From Octopus vulgaris (Eukaryota), in contig OX597826.1 in NCBI GenBank assembly GCA_951406725.2, positions 25,792,001 through 25,856,000 of the forward strand: 64,000 nt of DNA, written 5' to 3'. Position numbers and translations under genes: made by a program. Shown in pieces: positions 13,310 to 29,268 of this stretch (position 1 is the first letter of the stretch; every line of letters begins with the position of its first letter). Under the pieces are notes generated by a model. That model saw only the letters and a program-made list of their open reading frames with translations. It searched no databases and was not told the DNA's origin.

Positions 13310-15695
13310 TGGTGTAGCCATGACTATTCCTGCTCTATCTATGGCAGATCTATTCCACAATAGCCTCTACATCGTAGAACGGGTCAAATAAAGAACTAGC
13401 TTGGGTGGGGCACTAACCATTTTGAATCAATCCAAAGTTTTCGACACGGTTGACCATCGCTACTGAGTGGCTATCCTAAGAGCAGTCGGTTTTGGTCCCA
13501 TCTTGTGAGGCTGGCTACCTACAATGTGCAGCGGCATTTGTTCGGTGGTCAAACTAAACAGCCATCTCTCGGAACTGTTTAGAACAAAATTCTTGGTCCG
13601 TCAAAAACACTTGCTCTTATTTTTTCTTGTATGTTTTAGCCCTGGAGTTATTACTACAGATTATTGTGACTTTGAAGGGCATCTCACTCGAATGAGTCAC
13701 AGGTGAGTTGTGTCGGTATATGATGATGACATCTCCTTCATGGTGTCCAATACTTCGAATACAGAAGCGGTCAACACTATATTGTAAAGGTATCTTGAGT
13801 GTATGGGAGCTCACAGCAATCGAAATAAATCAGTGGGCTTGCGACTTGATACCAGGAGATGCAGGACTATACTAATCAATGGCAATTTTGGTCATTAGAC
13901 CGAAGGAACAGTTAAAGTATTCGGATTTTGGTTTGGACCGGAACTCCAAGTAGTTCAGAACTAGGAAGAGGTCACGCAAATGGTAGCCAGTCTTATTCAG
14001 GAGTGGAAGAAAATGAAGTTGACTATGAAAGGTCGGGTGGACATGCTAATGCTTGCATTGTCTCTGTGCTGTATTATCAGTCAACCATCAAACCTTGCCT
14101 CCGCCCCAAAATATCTGACCAGGCTGCAGAGTATTGTGCTTTTTAACGAAGGGACAGATTTTAATAGCCAGAAAGTCTATCTGCTGCCAACCCCTACTTC
14201 ATGTTGGTCTCGGGATACCTTCGCTGACCATGCGCAGTCACACTCTGTCGCTGCAGAAATATCCTGACCACAGACGGTGATGGCGATGGTAAAAATGAGG
14301 CTAAAATGACGTGGGCATCTTTCGTGAACACTTATCATGCTGCATTTTTGGGTCAAGAGTGAACTGATGTTCGGCGCTTGGCATCTAGATTGCTGCCAGA
14401 TGCTTATTCACAGCACAGTCCCGGCTGGACAACAGTCAAGTGGAAAGCGGTTTAGGGGAGGGTGTGAGCGACGATGATTTGGGAGCAATTCTGTCCGTTG
14501 ACGGGAGGAGTTCATAAATAGTCTCTTCTGGAATACTTTGAAGTCGTGGACTATGGACAATTTCTAAAAGTCATTGGCAAGGCAGTGCTATATGGGTCAT
14601 GACCTGTTCGAGACAAGCTCTACTAGTATGGAAGTGTTAACAACTGAACTATTACGAGTTGCGCGCTAGGAGACGAAACCGTCCTGTCGCCATTGTTCAA
14701 TTACTGATTTGTAGGTTTCTGAAGAATAATTGCTACCAGGTGTAGAACGGTTAGATTTTCTTTAGTGAAAATCGGCACGTCACCATCCGTTGACAGGTGA
14801 AAGGTAGCCATTCTTCCTCTAGTGGCTGTCGTTAAACAAGTGTTGTAGTGGGATAATCCAAAAGGTTTGAAGTAGTCATCTTCTCTGAGCAAGTCTCATC
14901 AACTTATAAGGCGGCAAGCTGGCAGAAACGTTAGCACGCCGGACGAAATGCTTAGCGGTATTTCGTCTGCCGTTACGTTCTGAGTTCAAATTCCGCCGGG
15001 GTCGACTTTGCCTTTCATCCTTTCGGGGTCGATTAAATAAGTACCAGTCACACACTGGGGTCGATATAATCGACTTAATCCGTTTGTCTGTCCTTGTTTG
15101 TCCTCTCTGTGTTTAGCCTCTTGTGGGTAGTAAAGAAATAGGTATTTCGTCTGTCTTTACTTTCTGAGTTCAAATTCCGCCGAGGTCGACTTTGCCTTTC
15201 ATCCTTTCGGGGTCGATTAAATAAGTACCAGTCACACACTGGGGTCGATATAATCGACTTAATCCGTTTGTCTGTTCTTGTTCGTCTCCTCTGTGTTTAG
15301 CCCCTTGTGGGCAGTAAAGAAAAAGTCTCATCAACTTCTTCACATACCTCTTCAAGAGGAAGTAGAGGCTACAGAATGAGGCACTGGCGTCTAGTGTGCT
15401 TAACGAAAAGTGGAATTAGAGTAGCGAGACCGGTAACTTACTCTGAACAGTTTTTTATAAGTAGGACAAAACATTTTTGATGCTTTGGATGTGACAGAGT
15501 GATGTGGGCCTTTGTGTGGGGTTTCCTTCGAATTATACTGAGTGGTCTTCTTCTTCATTGGGGGATATTCCCTTTCCTTCTTGGATTTGAGTTTTGCTTC
15601 TTTATGTCCTGTATTTCTGTTGACGCTTTAAACCCCACTGTTGTGCGTTTGTATGTGCTATCCTCAATGTCTTGGGCCCTTACAAACAACCAGAA

Positions 15696-15697
<2 letters not shown>
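13310..15697 (+). mobile_element. highly decayed Tx1-type (L1 clade) LINE, RT to 3'UTR, interrupted by a SINE
   Basis: Remnants NQSKVFDTVDHRY, GICSVVKLN, SVYDDD, VKVFGFWFGP, collinear with 30735-33305. Many stops and frameshifts. Confidence 0.8.
14908..15322 (+). mobile_element. SINE family B dimer inserted in the Tx1 relic
   Basis: ggcggcaagctggcagaaacgttagc head and gagttcaaattcc B-box-like motif. The host 'aagtctcatcaactt' recurs on both sides (TSD-like). Confidence 0.88.
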
Positions 15698-16179
<482 letters not shown>

Positions 16180-16189
16180 CATTTATTAA

Positions 16190-18030
16190 TTAACAATAGG
16201 TGGTGGGTCTCCTTGAAAAGGAAAACCAGAGAGGTGTCAATTAGTTTTAGCCAAGAGATTCCTTTAGAAAACAATAAAATCGAAAATAAACTAGTTAGTA
16301 ACTTAGAAGGGGCACATAAAAGTGGGGTTGCAAATGACGTGCTAGCGGCGAGAATGACCCTCGATCAATTATTTCTTTGACGTAAAATATGAAGGCTGTA
16401 TTGTCCGAGCTAGGGTGCGTGCCTTGAAACATGAAGGATCAAAAGCCGTTGGTTGGGCCTGGGTAGCCGAGGCACAGCATAGAAACAAATCTAGGATGCG
16501 CTCTGTGACGGACCGTAGTGGCCATGTGCACGCCAATTCCAGACATGAACGCAGTGTTTCGGCAGTATTTCGCAGACCTCTTTGCGAGGAGTGGCATTCT
16601 TAACACAGCGGGCTTTGAAGCTTACGTCGAGGGTAAAAAAATCTATCGGACAAAAATATCGAGTGCTACGGGAAGCAAATTTCAGTGGAGAAAGTGGAAG
16701 ACACACTGGGCCGCTGTGAGGGGCGCAATTTACCAGGATTGGATGGTCTGTCCTATGAACTATATGCTCACATGCCGGACTTGTTTGTTCCCATTACTCT
16801 ACTCAACACTGAGTTAAAAATTTAAACTAAGGTGCTTGCCAAGTAGCTAGCGCTTGTCGGTAGTATAGTCGGGGATGCACAAACCTGTGCGATCCCCAGT
16901 AGATTTATCCCCCATAATCTCCACCACATGCGATACACCGTAGAACGGGTCGGGAATAGATCGGTCTTTGGAGTGCACTGGTGAATTTGGACCATTCCAA
17001 AGCTTTTGACAGGGTGGAGCATCGCTATCTGACGTCTGTGCTAAAAGCTGTCGGTTTCGGTTCCGTCTTCAGAGGCTGCATCACCACAATATATAGTGGC
17101 ATCTGCTCGGTTGTCAAATTGAATGGCCACCTCTCGGAACCTTTCAGTATTGAGCGGTCAGTACGCCAAGGATGTCCCCTCTCTCCGCTTTTATATATTT
17201 TAGCTTTAGAGCCCTTGCTGCGAAGGATGGAGAACTTGAGGGATATCCCGCTGGAACTAGGTCACAGGAGAGCTGTGTCTGCATATGCGGACGATGTCAC
17301 TGTCGTAGCATCAGTCTCTTCGGACAAAGAAAAGATCGACATTATACAGAAAGAATATCAAGAATGCACTGGAGTACACATAAACCAGGACAAGTCAGTA
17401 GGTCTGCAACTAGGCTCATGGAGAGGCAAGTCGACTAGCAGCGATTTCTGTCACTGGACGGAGGGTCCAGTGAAAGTACTCGGAGTCTGATTCGGACCAG
17501 ATCTCCAGGTAGAAACGGGGAAGAGGTCATGACTAGGGATTGCCCACTCACCCAGAAATGGGTAGAAAGGAAGCTGTCGCTGAAAGTTTACTGCTGCCTA
17601 GCCGTTGTACTTTGTCATAAGAAAACTCTGATCAGACTGGAGCGTTCGCTTTTCCGATTTTTATGGAAAGACCAGGTTTTGCTGGTCAGAAAACCCATCT
17701 GTTGTGAACAGCAACACCGTGGTGTTCGTGGGATGCCATCCTTAATGATGTGGCGCCACGCTTTGAGGTTGTCGCACAGGCAAAAGCATCTACAAAAATA
17801 ACCGTTAGCGGGAACACAACCCAAGATTTCTATAGGGAGCTAGTTGAGAGCATAAGTGATGATGGCTTAGGATTGAAAAGGAAGGCGAGGGTAGAGGAGG
17901 AGGTGCAGCCTTCTAGTGTGTTTATCAAAAGGTGGTTGACAGTGGCAAGACTGGTGAGACTAAATGGATCTAATCTGAGTATGCTTTTCTAAGCAGGAGG
18001 AAAGAAACTGGAAGATGATGATGAGAATAA
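16190..18030 (+). mobile_element. decayed Tx1-type LINE ORF2 (RT)
   Basis: PGLDG, NLDHSKAFDRVEHRY, SVRQGCPLSPLLY, AYADD motifs, with frameshifts and stops. Confidence 0.88.
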
Positions 18031-18489
18031 CCTTTGTATGCATGCATACATACATACATACATACATACATACATGCATACATACAAACATGTACATACA
18101 TACATATACACATAGATAAGTACGTACAAAGATACATACATACGTACGTGTATATATGTATATATACACACACATTCAAACGTATGTACATGCATATATA
18201 TACTTACTTACGTACATGCATGTATACATACATACGTTCGTACATAAATTCATACATATGAACATATATACACACGCATACGTACATTCATACATATATA
18301 CATAAGAATTTTTTGTGTAATAAGATAAAAAAACCAAGGCTGTATATATATATATTAGAACATTTATAGATAGGTCTGGAATTTAACTATGGTCTGTCTA
18401 TAGCACTTAATCAGCATTACCTGACACCTTTGGGTCTCAGTGTCAGTGACAACATTATCTCTTATAACCTCAACTCCTCGCTACATATG

Positions 18490-18556
<67 letters not shown>

Positions 18557-19248
18557 TCATACATACATGCGTGCACATATATACATACATACATACATTC
18601 ATATACATGCATATATACACTACCAGAGAAGACACTTGTATTTTACTTTGAAATCTGTTCGTGACTTTTGTTTAGTTTTCGATGTAATAAACCTTACGAC
18701 TAACAGCCGTCTCCACTCAAAGTCTGTAATTTACCAATATTGTTTTACAAAGTCTTGTTTCCGTTGTTTATTTTTGTTTGTTACTGTTTTTTTTTTGCCG
18801 TTGCTACTGCTGTTTCTGTTGATGTTGCTGCTGTTGAATGTCGATGATGGTGTTGCCGTCTGTTAGTTTATGTGCTGTCAGACATGCCAATGTAAACACG
18901 ATCGAAGAGTGTGTGTGACTATCTACCACGTTAGTGCAATGTAGTTAGAGCATGGAGTTGTGATGTTGTATTGTTTTCATGAGGCGGGGTTGTTACTAAA
19001 TAATAATGACGATAAAAGTAAATATATAAAGATACGAATAAAAGAATTAATGCGAATCTTCAACATATATTAAAATCCTTGAATGCATATAAATTTAACT
19101 GTTGTTACACACACACTCACAAACACGCACGCACGCGCACACACGCACGCGTACACACAAGTATACACATATACATACACCAGAGTAGGCACACAAATGT
19201 GAAACAAGGTAGAAAAATAGTACTCAAATACCAGAGTAGAGTAATAAA

Positions 19249-19288
19249 ACTGTCCGACGAACGGGAAAGTGAAACTCTGAGTAAAAAT
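19249..19288 (+). ncRNA. degenerate hammerhead motif with CCGACGA core
   Basis: CCGACGA-ac gggaaa gt-GAAA-ctctgag-TA. Stem I poorly paired. Confidence 0.4.
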
Positions 19289-19415
19289 GTTTGTGATTTT
19301 TTTACTGCTTTTTAATAAAGTATATATATATATATATATAAAAAGTTTGATGTGACCGCGTGTATATCGTTGGCGATTTTCTTTCTCCGTCTTCGCCTCT
19401 TTGGACTTTTTCTAT

Positions 19416-19450
19416 ATTTCTGACGAAGAGCTCCGCTCGAAACGTGAAAT
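19416..19450 (+). ncRNA. ultra-minimal hammerhead motif (GUG triplet, probably inactive copy)
   Basis: attt-CTGACGA-a gagc tcc gctc-GAAA-cg-TG-aaat. Confidence 0.6.
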
Positions 19451-19547
19451 CCTCTTTCTTTTTTTTCCTTTCCCGAACGTCCAATAACACAGTACTTATT
19501 CTACGTCATCGTGTTGTTGTTTCTTCTTGTTTGTTCATGTCTGGAAT

Positions 19548-19595
<48 letters not shown>

Positions 19596-20002
19596 TATTT
19601 TGGAAGTTGGCTGCCCTCTGGACACTAACGTGGTTAGAAAAGCACTAGAGAGAGAATTTTATGGACCATTGATAAGGAGTTTGCAAAACCAGTACCTAAC
19701 ATCCAAGGTCACCTTCAGACCTTTTATTATTTGACCAACACGATACACACCAACCCGTCTGGAGCAAATTATGGCTGTATTTGGGCTCTTGTAGAGAGAA
19801 TGCAAATCCTTAATTTTTTTCACAGTATAAATGATCACAGTATCTCGGATTATAAAAATTTGTAAATCTTCTTAATATTTAAAAGATGATTGCTACAACA
19901 AGATACTTGCTTTCACTACCTTTCTACCAAGTAGGCGGCCGGTCAAAATTTTCTCTAAAATAAAAAGAATAAGAGAACACGTACACATACACAAATGCAT
20001 AA

Positions 20003-20057
<55 letters not shown>

Positions 20058-20584
20058 TCTGCCAAATTTTCGTTTCACCTCACTAGTTCCTCCCCGGATA
20101 GCAAGTGCTTGGAAGTAATTTTTTCACATGATCTTTTCTTCAAACCCATATATAACTAGACGTAAAAGAAATAAAGAAAATATTTTATTCGTTATCAAAT
20201 ATGTTCTGATCGACAAATTGTGAGTGACATTTTTATACGTCTACTGAATGTAGAAATTTCGATGAATCTTTAGTTTTTCATCTTGGCAAGTCTCTAGACA
20301 ATTACTTTTGATGTGAGAATCACCAATTCTTTTGTGAATCTATTTTTCTGTCTCTCTCTCCCACTCCTTCCTTATATATCACACTCCACTCACACAAATT
20401 CTTTCTATCTCAAACTCACACACATAATACATACATGCATACATATACATAATACATACATAGACATACATACACATGCATAATACATATACCGAACTAG
20501 CTTTTTCTTAGAATATCATATTTCTTATTTCACTTTGAATTTAACCAATTTTAGATTGTCTTGATAACATTGTATTAACATGTA

Positions 20585-21076
20585 TTGGGTTGTCCGGAAA
20601 GTTCTTGCCGATTTTTAAAGGAAAGAAAAAGGTCAATAAATACTTGCCATTACATTTTTAATCAGCCAAATATGAACCATTTTGTTGCACAATGCGCCTC
20701 CATCTTTCCTTTAACTTGAAAATATCCTCTTCCCAGAATTGAGGTAGTTTCATGGCAAAGAATTCATCAAGGTAGCTTTTTTATGTCATCCAAGGAATTG
20801 AAATATTTACCATTAAGACTATTCTGCAGAGACCTGAATAAGTGGAATTCCGAAGGAGCAATATCTGGGGAATATGGAGGGTGGGGTAACACATCCCAAA
20901 GGGTTACAGAATTAACACAGATTATAGGAACATAAACCTTCTTCCACGAAAAGATATCTTAAACTGTGCTCTAAATGGAGGTGTAGTCAAATCCTATTTT
21001 ATGGACTCAACCATGCTCTAAAATAAGTCGAAATGTAAGCTACTATAAATCGGCACGAACATTCCGGACAACCCAA
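20585..21076 (-). mobile_element. internally deleted mariner transposon with both TIRs and TA TSD
   Basis: TA-ttgggttgtccggaaagttc...gaacattccggacaacccaa-TA. Minus-strand HPPYSPDIAPSEFHLFRSLQN. Confidence 0.9.
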
Positions 21077-21180
21077 TACTTTCTGTAGCCTTGGCACCAG
21101 ATCCCCTAATAAACAGATTTAACGTAATGAAGCAATTCACTAACAACTTCTTAATCCTTTCATATTTGAAATCCTGTCGA

Positions 21181-21311
21181 ACATGGTTTCGGGTTCAGTA
21201 CCACTGCGTAGCACCTTGGGCAAGTGTCTTCTACTATAGCCTCGGGCCGACCAAAGCCTTGTGAGTGGATTTGGTAGACGGAAACTGAAAGAAGCCCGTC
21301 GTATATATATA

Positions 21312-21360
<49 letters not shown>

Positions 21361-21377
21361 TGACATATACATATACT

Positions 21378-21442
<65 letters not shown>

Positions 21443-21530
21443 GTATGTTTGTGTGTCTGTGTTTGTCCTCCCAACATCGCTTGACAACCGATGCTGGTGT
21501 GTTTACGTCCCCGTAACTTAGCGGTTCGGC
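21181..21530 (+). mobile_element. SINE family A with internal (TA)n
   Basis: Matches 22800-23203. Confidence 0.85.
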
Positions 21531-21641
21531 CCCGGACAATGGCTTGTGTACTTGAGAAAAACGCTTCATTTCAAGTTACTCCATTTCACTCAGAGGTCAA
21601 AAATGAGTTATCCTGTGAGGGATTGGCGACCCGCTCGGGGT

Positions 21642-21694
<53 letters not shown>

Positions 21695-22435
21695 TCTCAC
21701 ACACACACACATATATATAAAGGCATATATGGTTGTATATGTATGTACTTCATTTTGCATATCTATACGCAGACATAAAGAACTCTATGTCTACGTGCTT
21801 GTATGCAAGTGCATAATTTAATTAACATATGTATTTATTAATATTTTTTGATTAAAAAACTTATGTCTATATATATAAAGTGTGCACGTGGATGCATGTT
21901 TGTGCACACTTGTGTGTATTTATGCATATGTGTGTGTATGTCTCTGCGCACTTAAACGTTCGTCGTCAGGCACATACGAATGGCTCCTATGCGACCGCAT
22001 GCAATCCAGGCCATGCGATGGTCTGTTGTAAATCTATACTTTACATTGACCCAATTTCTTTTATAGAAACCATTTAAATAAACTCACAGACAACACACAA
22101 TGTGTGCTATTTATATCCCAACGTAAAGATGCACGCCCAGAATCAAAATGATTTTATCGTAAATTCCTTAAACATCTGTCTAAATCACCACCCACTATTT
22201 TTCACATATGGATACATTTATAATTCCTCCACGGGGTGCTCTAGGAGAATTCTCCATAGAATTATTTTATATAAATTTATTAAAATATTTTTCTATAGAA
22301 GACCACCTTATTTGCTACCCGCTTGGAGTCTTAAATTTTATGTTATATCTGTCATCATTTAATTATTTTAGTTATTGGACATCAGTAATGCTCGAGCCCC
22401 GCATTAAAGGGATTAGTCGATAAAGTTAAAAAGGT

Positions 22436-22750
22436 AAAAGCCCCTGAATGACCATGGAATTGCACCTAGAAAGTAGCCCCCGAGCAAGGTTGTTTATGGA
22501 AGACCAGCAATCTCTCATGCACACTAGCCTTACTTCTTCATGCCACTGATGATATTCAAGGGAAAGGCAAAGGGGCCGAAACAGCTTGGCATCAGTGACG
22601 TCGCAAATCATTTCTAAAGCTGAGTGAATTGGAGCAACACGAAATAAAGTGTCTTGCTGAAGAACACAACACATAGCTCGGTCCGGGAATCGAACTAACT
22701 AACTTATGATTTTGGGTCCGACGCTCTAACCATTAAGCCGTGCGCCTTTG
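22436..22750 (-). mobile_element. tRNA-derived SINE family C
   Basis: Minus strand ggcgcacggcttaatggttagagcgtcggac...gttcgattcccggaccg (A/B boxes). Confidence 0.75.
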
Positions 22751-22799
22751 GGAGACAAAGACTGGCAAAAAGACTCACAGAGTGAACGTAAAATCTGGA

Positions 22800-23203
22800 T
22801 AGGCGCAGGAGTGGCTGTGTGGTAAGTAGCTTGCTAACCAACCACATTGTTCCGGGTTCAGTCCCACTGCGCGGCATCTTGGGCAAGTGTCTTCTGCTAT
22901 AGCCCCGGGCCGACCAATGCCTTGTGAGTGGATTTGGTAGACGGAAACTGAAAGAAGCCTGTCGTATATATGTATATATATATATATGTATGTGTGTCTG
23001 TGTTTGTCCCCCTAGCATTGCTTGACAGCCGATGCTGATGTGTTTACGTCCCCGTCACTTAGCGGTTCGGCAAAAGAGACCGATAGAATAAGTACTGGGC
23101 ATACAAAGAATAAGTCCTGGGGTCGATTGGCTCGACTAAAGGCGGTGCTCGAGCATGGCCGCAGTCAAATGACTGAAACAAGTAAAAAGAGTAAAAAGAG
23201 TAA
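22800..23203 (+). mobile_element. full-length tRNA-derived SINE family A
   Basis: A box tggctgtgtgg, B box ggttcagtcc, ttgggcaagtg core-like block, internal (TA)/(TG) tract, tail ending in (aaagagta)-like repeats. More than 15 copies or fragments in the window. Confidence 0.9.
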
Positions 23204-23259
23204 TACACAAGGCGAAAAGACATGCTTCCAATAATTATTGTTATTTATCTTTTTTCTTT

Positions 23260-23985
<726 letters not shown>

Positions 23986-24159
23986 TATCGACCTACATAA
24001 AAAAAAAAAAGCATTTTCAACATAGTTTCCACCATTGGTGATGCAAAGTTGTGAGATTCACATGCACTCAATGCAGTAACTCGATGTTTCCCTCAATTTA
24101 AGCACATTTATTCACGATTCGTTCCTTCACATGCCCCAGACTTCCTGGTCACCCTGTAT

Positions 24160-25830
24160 GTATCATATATCTGTAGTTACCTACTAACGTCCTACTCAGA
24201 CAGGATGTTGGCAGGTATCTGTTGCCGCTATGTCTGGAAGTTACGGTTTCATTTACCCAGCGACAGCAGTTCGTTACATTTGATGTCACACATATCAGGG
24301 TGCTGTGTTGTTGCGGGTTAGTAGTGAACTAACACTGTAGCGGCAACAGCCTTCCGTGTTAGTTACCAGTTGTTTAAAAAAAATGAGGCTGAATGGTCAG
24401 CATGGACAGGGCTGTAATCTATACAAGTGGTAGGGGTTGTGTGAATGGAACAGTCAGGATTAAAGTGGTATATCTGGACTCCCGGTGACCAATAGCTACA
24501 AGTTCACTAACAGGGCGTACTTGTGGTGGAAACAATAGATTAGTTTATTTTTCCTGTTGGACACTGCAAGTTGATGGAGAATGTATTGTCTCCAGCGAGG
24601 GCAGAGTTGGCAATTGCGAATTCCAGGTGAGTAAGGAGGGACTTCCTGTCAATGATACTTCATTCGATATTACGGATATTATGGAGTCTCCAGATAAATC
24701 AGAATAGGGCGGTAGAGTTCCCCTATCCATGCACCTGAAGGAGTATATATGCTGTGTATACCTTCCCTTGAAGTTATTGGCTGACATGCCCATGTAGTGT
24801 CTTGTAATGCCTTCGAATGGAGTAAGGGTGACTCTATAAACCACAACCTCAGAAAGGCAGGATCCTCCCAGTGGACAGTTGGTAAGATTTCAGCACTAAC
24901 CGATTGGGGTGTGGATTAAAGGCTGTGTAGATGTGTGTTTGAGTTTTTGTAGCGTGTGATGTTGGAAGTGATTTTCTTGAAGCAAGAATAACTGACTTAG
25001 ACGTTGTTTGGGTAGAAAAGCTTATAAAAATGGGCTCTATAAGCTGACACTAATAATGGGTTCTATAATTTTTAATTAGTGTCAGGAAGTTCCTAGCTAT
25101 GCTGATTGAAACTTCTAGGTTAAATGAATTAAATTATTCTCCTCTAAATCTCTTAGGGTTTTGAGGTGGAGGTGAAGTTTCCTCCATATATACAAACTTC
25201 TCGGTAATCCACTCACCACCAATGCCACGTTACGTTGTGTGCGATTTTGTTTAAAATATCTCACTATCCCCTGATAGTTAAGAGATTGTTCTACTTATGC
25301 GTGTGACTAGGTTTCTCATTACAAGTGGAAGTGATTGAGTTTTCGTGGCTATTCACAGTTTTCTCGTTGGGCTTCTTATCAGGGTAGTACTTCAGGTCTA
25401 GGATTACGGTCAGGATGTTGACCTTTATCAAATTGTTAATGACTGTTATAGAAGGGTCGAATGCTTTGAAGATCTTTATCAAACCATTCCTGAACTTGTA
25501 CACAGCCTGGCCGCTCGAATGGCCTGAGATTGCTTGACCTTCGTCCCTGTACAGGGTCGAGCTATGTACTTCCTTAAAATATCCAGGATAACTAAACGCA
25601 GTCAGCGGTCTCGGCCCTGTCGTAGCTACCCATAGATACATCGAACAATGACCCACTATTGCACTTTATCCAGTAGTAATCTTTGTGAACCATCATTAAC
25701 TTTCTAGCGTTCACGATGATTCTGCTATTAAAGTCTCAAGGTCGTTGATATTGGTGAATTGTCTACTAAAATCTAAATGCTTCATGAAAAAGGATTTCGA
25801 TGTTGAAGGGTATATAAATTTATTATATTA
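24160..25830 (-). mobile_element. decayed Penelope-like element (RT + GIY-YIG endonuclease + 3' region)
   Basis: LYRDEG (YRDDG-like RT site), NCPLGGSCLSEVVVYRV..HYMGMSANNFKGRYTQHIYSFR (GIY-YIG), many lesions. Confidence 0.85.
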
Positions 25831-26737
25831 CAAAGAAAAAGAGACATAAGTAGAGGAGACTATTTGTTCGACTAATTTCTTTAATGCGGGGCTCGAGCAT
25901 TACTGATGCCTAATAACTAAAATAATTAAATTATGACAGATATAACATAAAATTTAAGACTCCACGCGGGTAACAAATAAGGTGGCCTTCTATAGAAAAA
26001 TATTTTAACAAATTTATATACCCTTCAAAATCGAAATCTACGATATAGAATCTGAGTGATGGTTTCTTCTCAATGCTGCAGAACAAATCGATTCCTGTGG
26101 TGCTGCAATGCCATTATATCAGTCCTGTAGCCTTTCTAATATCGGAGTTGATAATATCGTCGGTACCTATACGATGCCTGTTTCACTTTTGGAAAGATTA
26201 ATCAGCCTGCACTGATCCTCAAACGTGACATAGAAAGGGTGCATAGTGAGGTGGACCAAAGGAGCATGGTGAAGCGGATCACTCGAGCCAAGATGGCCAG
26301 CTCTTTCGCTTCAGTGTTTATGTCGCTGTATGTTAGTTCTCTCGCATGTTTTAGTGACCGTGTTTTGTAAGAAGTTGTGTGTGCATGGAAGTGTTTCTAC
26401 CGTATATGTTCTTTGTTTTCTCTGTGGGGTGTGTGTATTAGGCAATTGTTTCATTTTTGCTATACAATTGTTCAAAGGGTTAATAAAAAAAAAAGGGTAA
26501 GAACAATGCTGAAATTTTACCGTCTTTATCAAGGGAGGACACTTTCTGAATTTAAACCGAACTGGTCTGCAGACGTGCTGATGTATGTATGTATGTATGT
26601 ATGTATGTATGTATGTATGTATGTATGTATGTATGTATGTATGTATGTGTGTATGTATGTATGTACGTACGTACGTATGTATGTATGTATGTATTATGTA
26701 TGTATGTATTATGTATGTATGTATGTATGTATGAATG

Positions 26738-26818
<81 letters not shown>

Positions 26819-27259
26819 GTCTACCTGTCTGTCTGTCTATCCGACCGCCCGTCTGTCCGTCTGTCTGTCGGTTGATTACACTTTTCACTTGCATCGGGTC
26901 AAATGACTGACACATACCATATCCCGTATAGTATTACATCTTTATATCTTCCGAAACTAATAACATTTGCAGTCACTGCCCTTCTTATGACTATCTCGCT
27001 GTTTGACGTTTGATGTTTATCGTCTCATTTACCATTCAAAGACAAGCCACACTTAAAATATCCTTTTGAGATTGTCAGACATAGTGTCTTGGTTGTAGAA
27101 ACCTCAGACGATTGAATCGGGAACAGTATTAGAGAGATATTTGATTTTCTCGACCCCGGAAGGTTGAAACCATATACAGTGTAATCGAATTCAGGATGTT
27201 AAGAAAGCAAATGTCTTAGCCATGCAGCTAAGCCTATAAACGAATGAAGGAGGATCAGT

Positions 27260-27427
27260 TAATTATGATTTTATTCAACGTAATCCCCTCTCAGATTCAC
27301 ACACATATTATTGCAGCGGCCCTTCTATTTTTCTAAACCTTGTAAAAAGAAACTCGGAAGGTTAGGCCCCTAGCCAGGCCTTTCACGATAAGCTTCAAGT
27401 CACGAACTTTTCAACACCTATTCGTAC
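27260..27427. mobile_element. possible mariner-derived MITE fragment
   Basis: Ends in aacttttcaacacctattcg-TA, resembling a mariner TIR. Confidence 0.4.
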
Positions 27428-27598
27428 GTACACAATATATTTATATAATAACATATATAGTTTATTACGTAATACGTATTTATATAGCTGCCTCTGCTCA
27501 CTTTTATAACACTCTCTCACCTCTCATTGAATTCCAAGTTAAAAGCCTGCGTGATTTAAAATTTGTCTGCTGGCATGTTTAAAATAAAATGATATAAA

Positions 27599-27647
<49 letters not shown>

Positions 27648-27688
27648 TCTATCTATATATATGCATCTATCTATATATATATATATGC

Positions 27689-27836
<148 letters not shown>

Positions 27837-27991
27837 GAATAGAAATGGAAAATTAGCTTGTCCATTTTTACTAACACCACGAATGGTATGAACAACTGTA
27901 CACACATTAATTACTACATGCGTGTGTATAAATATGCGTGTGTGTGGGTGGATGCATGTTTATATGTGAGTACACACTCTCTCTCTCTTTT

Positions 27992-28052
<61 letters not shown>

Positions 28053-28245
28053 CACACACACTCTTATATGTGTGTCTGTACTTAGCGAACATATGTCTGC
28101 AACCATTTATAAATGCCTTGGTAAATACTTAAATGCATTTATACAAACACATGTGTTAGTGCGTTTATAAAAATAAGCACTTACGCTCGCGACACACACA
28201 CACACACGCATACACGCACACACACACACACATATATATATATAA

Positions 28246-28293
<48 letters not shown>

Positions 28294-28508
28294 AAACATA
28301 CAAACATGCATACATGCATATATACAAACATACATGCATTCATACAAACATACATACATTCATACATACATACATACATACATACATACATACATACATA
28401 CATACATACACTCACATCCTGAAAGAGCAATCCACCCGGAAATGATTTAATTACTTGATGTGCCTCCGTATTTTTTTTATAACAAAGCCACACAAAGAGT
28501 GCATCAAA

Positions 28509-28690
28509 AATCATCATCATTATCATCCTCCTCATCACCATCTTTATCGTCACCACCACCACCACCACCACCACCACCACCACCACCACCACCACCACCA
28601 CTGCTACCAGCAGCAGCAGCCGCAACAGCAGCAGCCGCAACAGCAGCAGCCGCAACAGCAGCAGCCGCAACAGCAGCAAGCAACAACAAA
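28509..28690. repeat. (CAT)/(CAC)n plus 15-bp (CAGCAGCAGCCGCAA)x4 repeat
   Basis: Direct read. Confidence 0.9.
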
Positions 28691-29078
28691 GCGTACAATA
28701 ATAACAGCTAAAACAACAATAATTACTAACATTAAAACCAGGCTTTATTTAACAGCACAAACACCGAGAATAGACGCTACAGAAAAGTTTACGGCAAATG
28801 CAAAGCTTTTAGATAGAATACTCTTGAAGCAGACATTGCTGTAAATTTTGTTGAAGTCCGCCATTTTAATATGTTCTTATTTGTTGTTTTTGTTGTTATT
28901 CTGGTTGTTTGGATTGTTTTTTTTTTACTTCATTTAAAAAAAAATTTTGCTTTAGTTTGAAATCATCAAGTTTATCGATGTCATGCTTTTTATTGAATTA
29001 CTTACTTCATGCATAGGTGCGAAGAACTCATCAATATGTACATACGCAACACACACGTACACGCATACATACGTACAA

Positions 29079-29268
<190 letters not shown>

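Noticed and set aside
28455-28844. poly-His/poly-Gln ORF resembling a transcription factor
   Set aside because: Pure triplet and 15-bp repeats, with no domain or splice context
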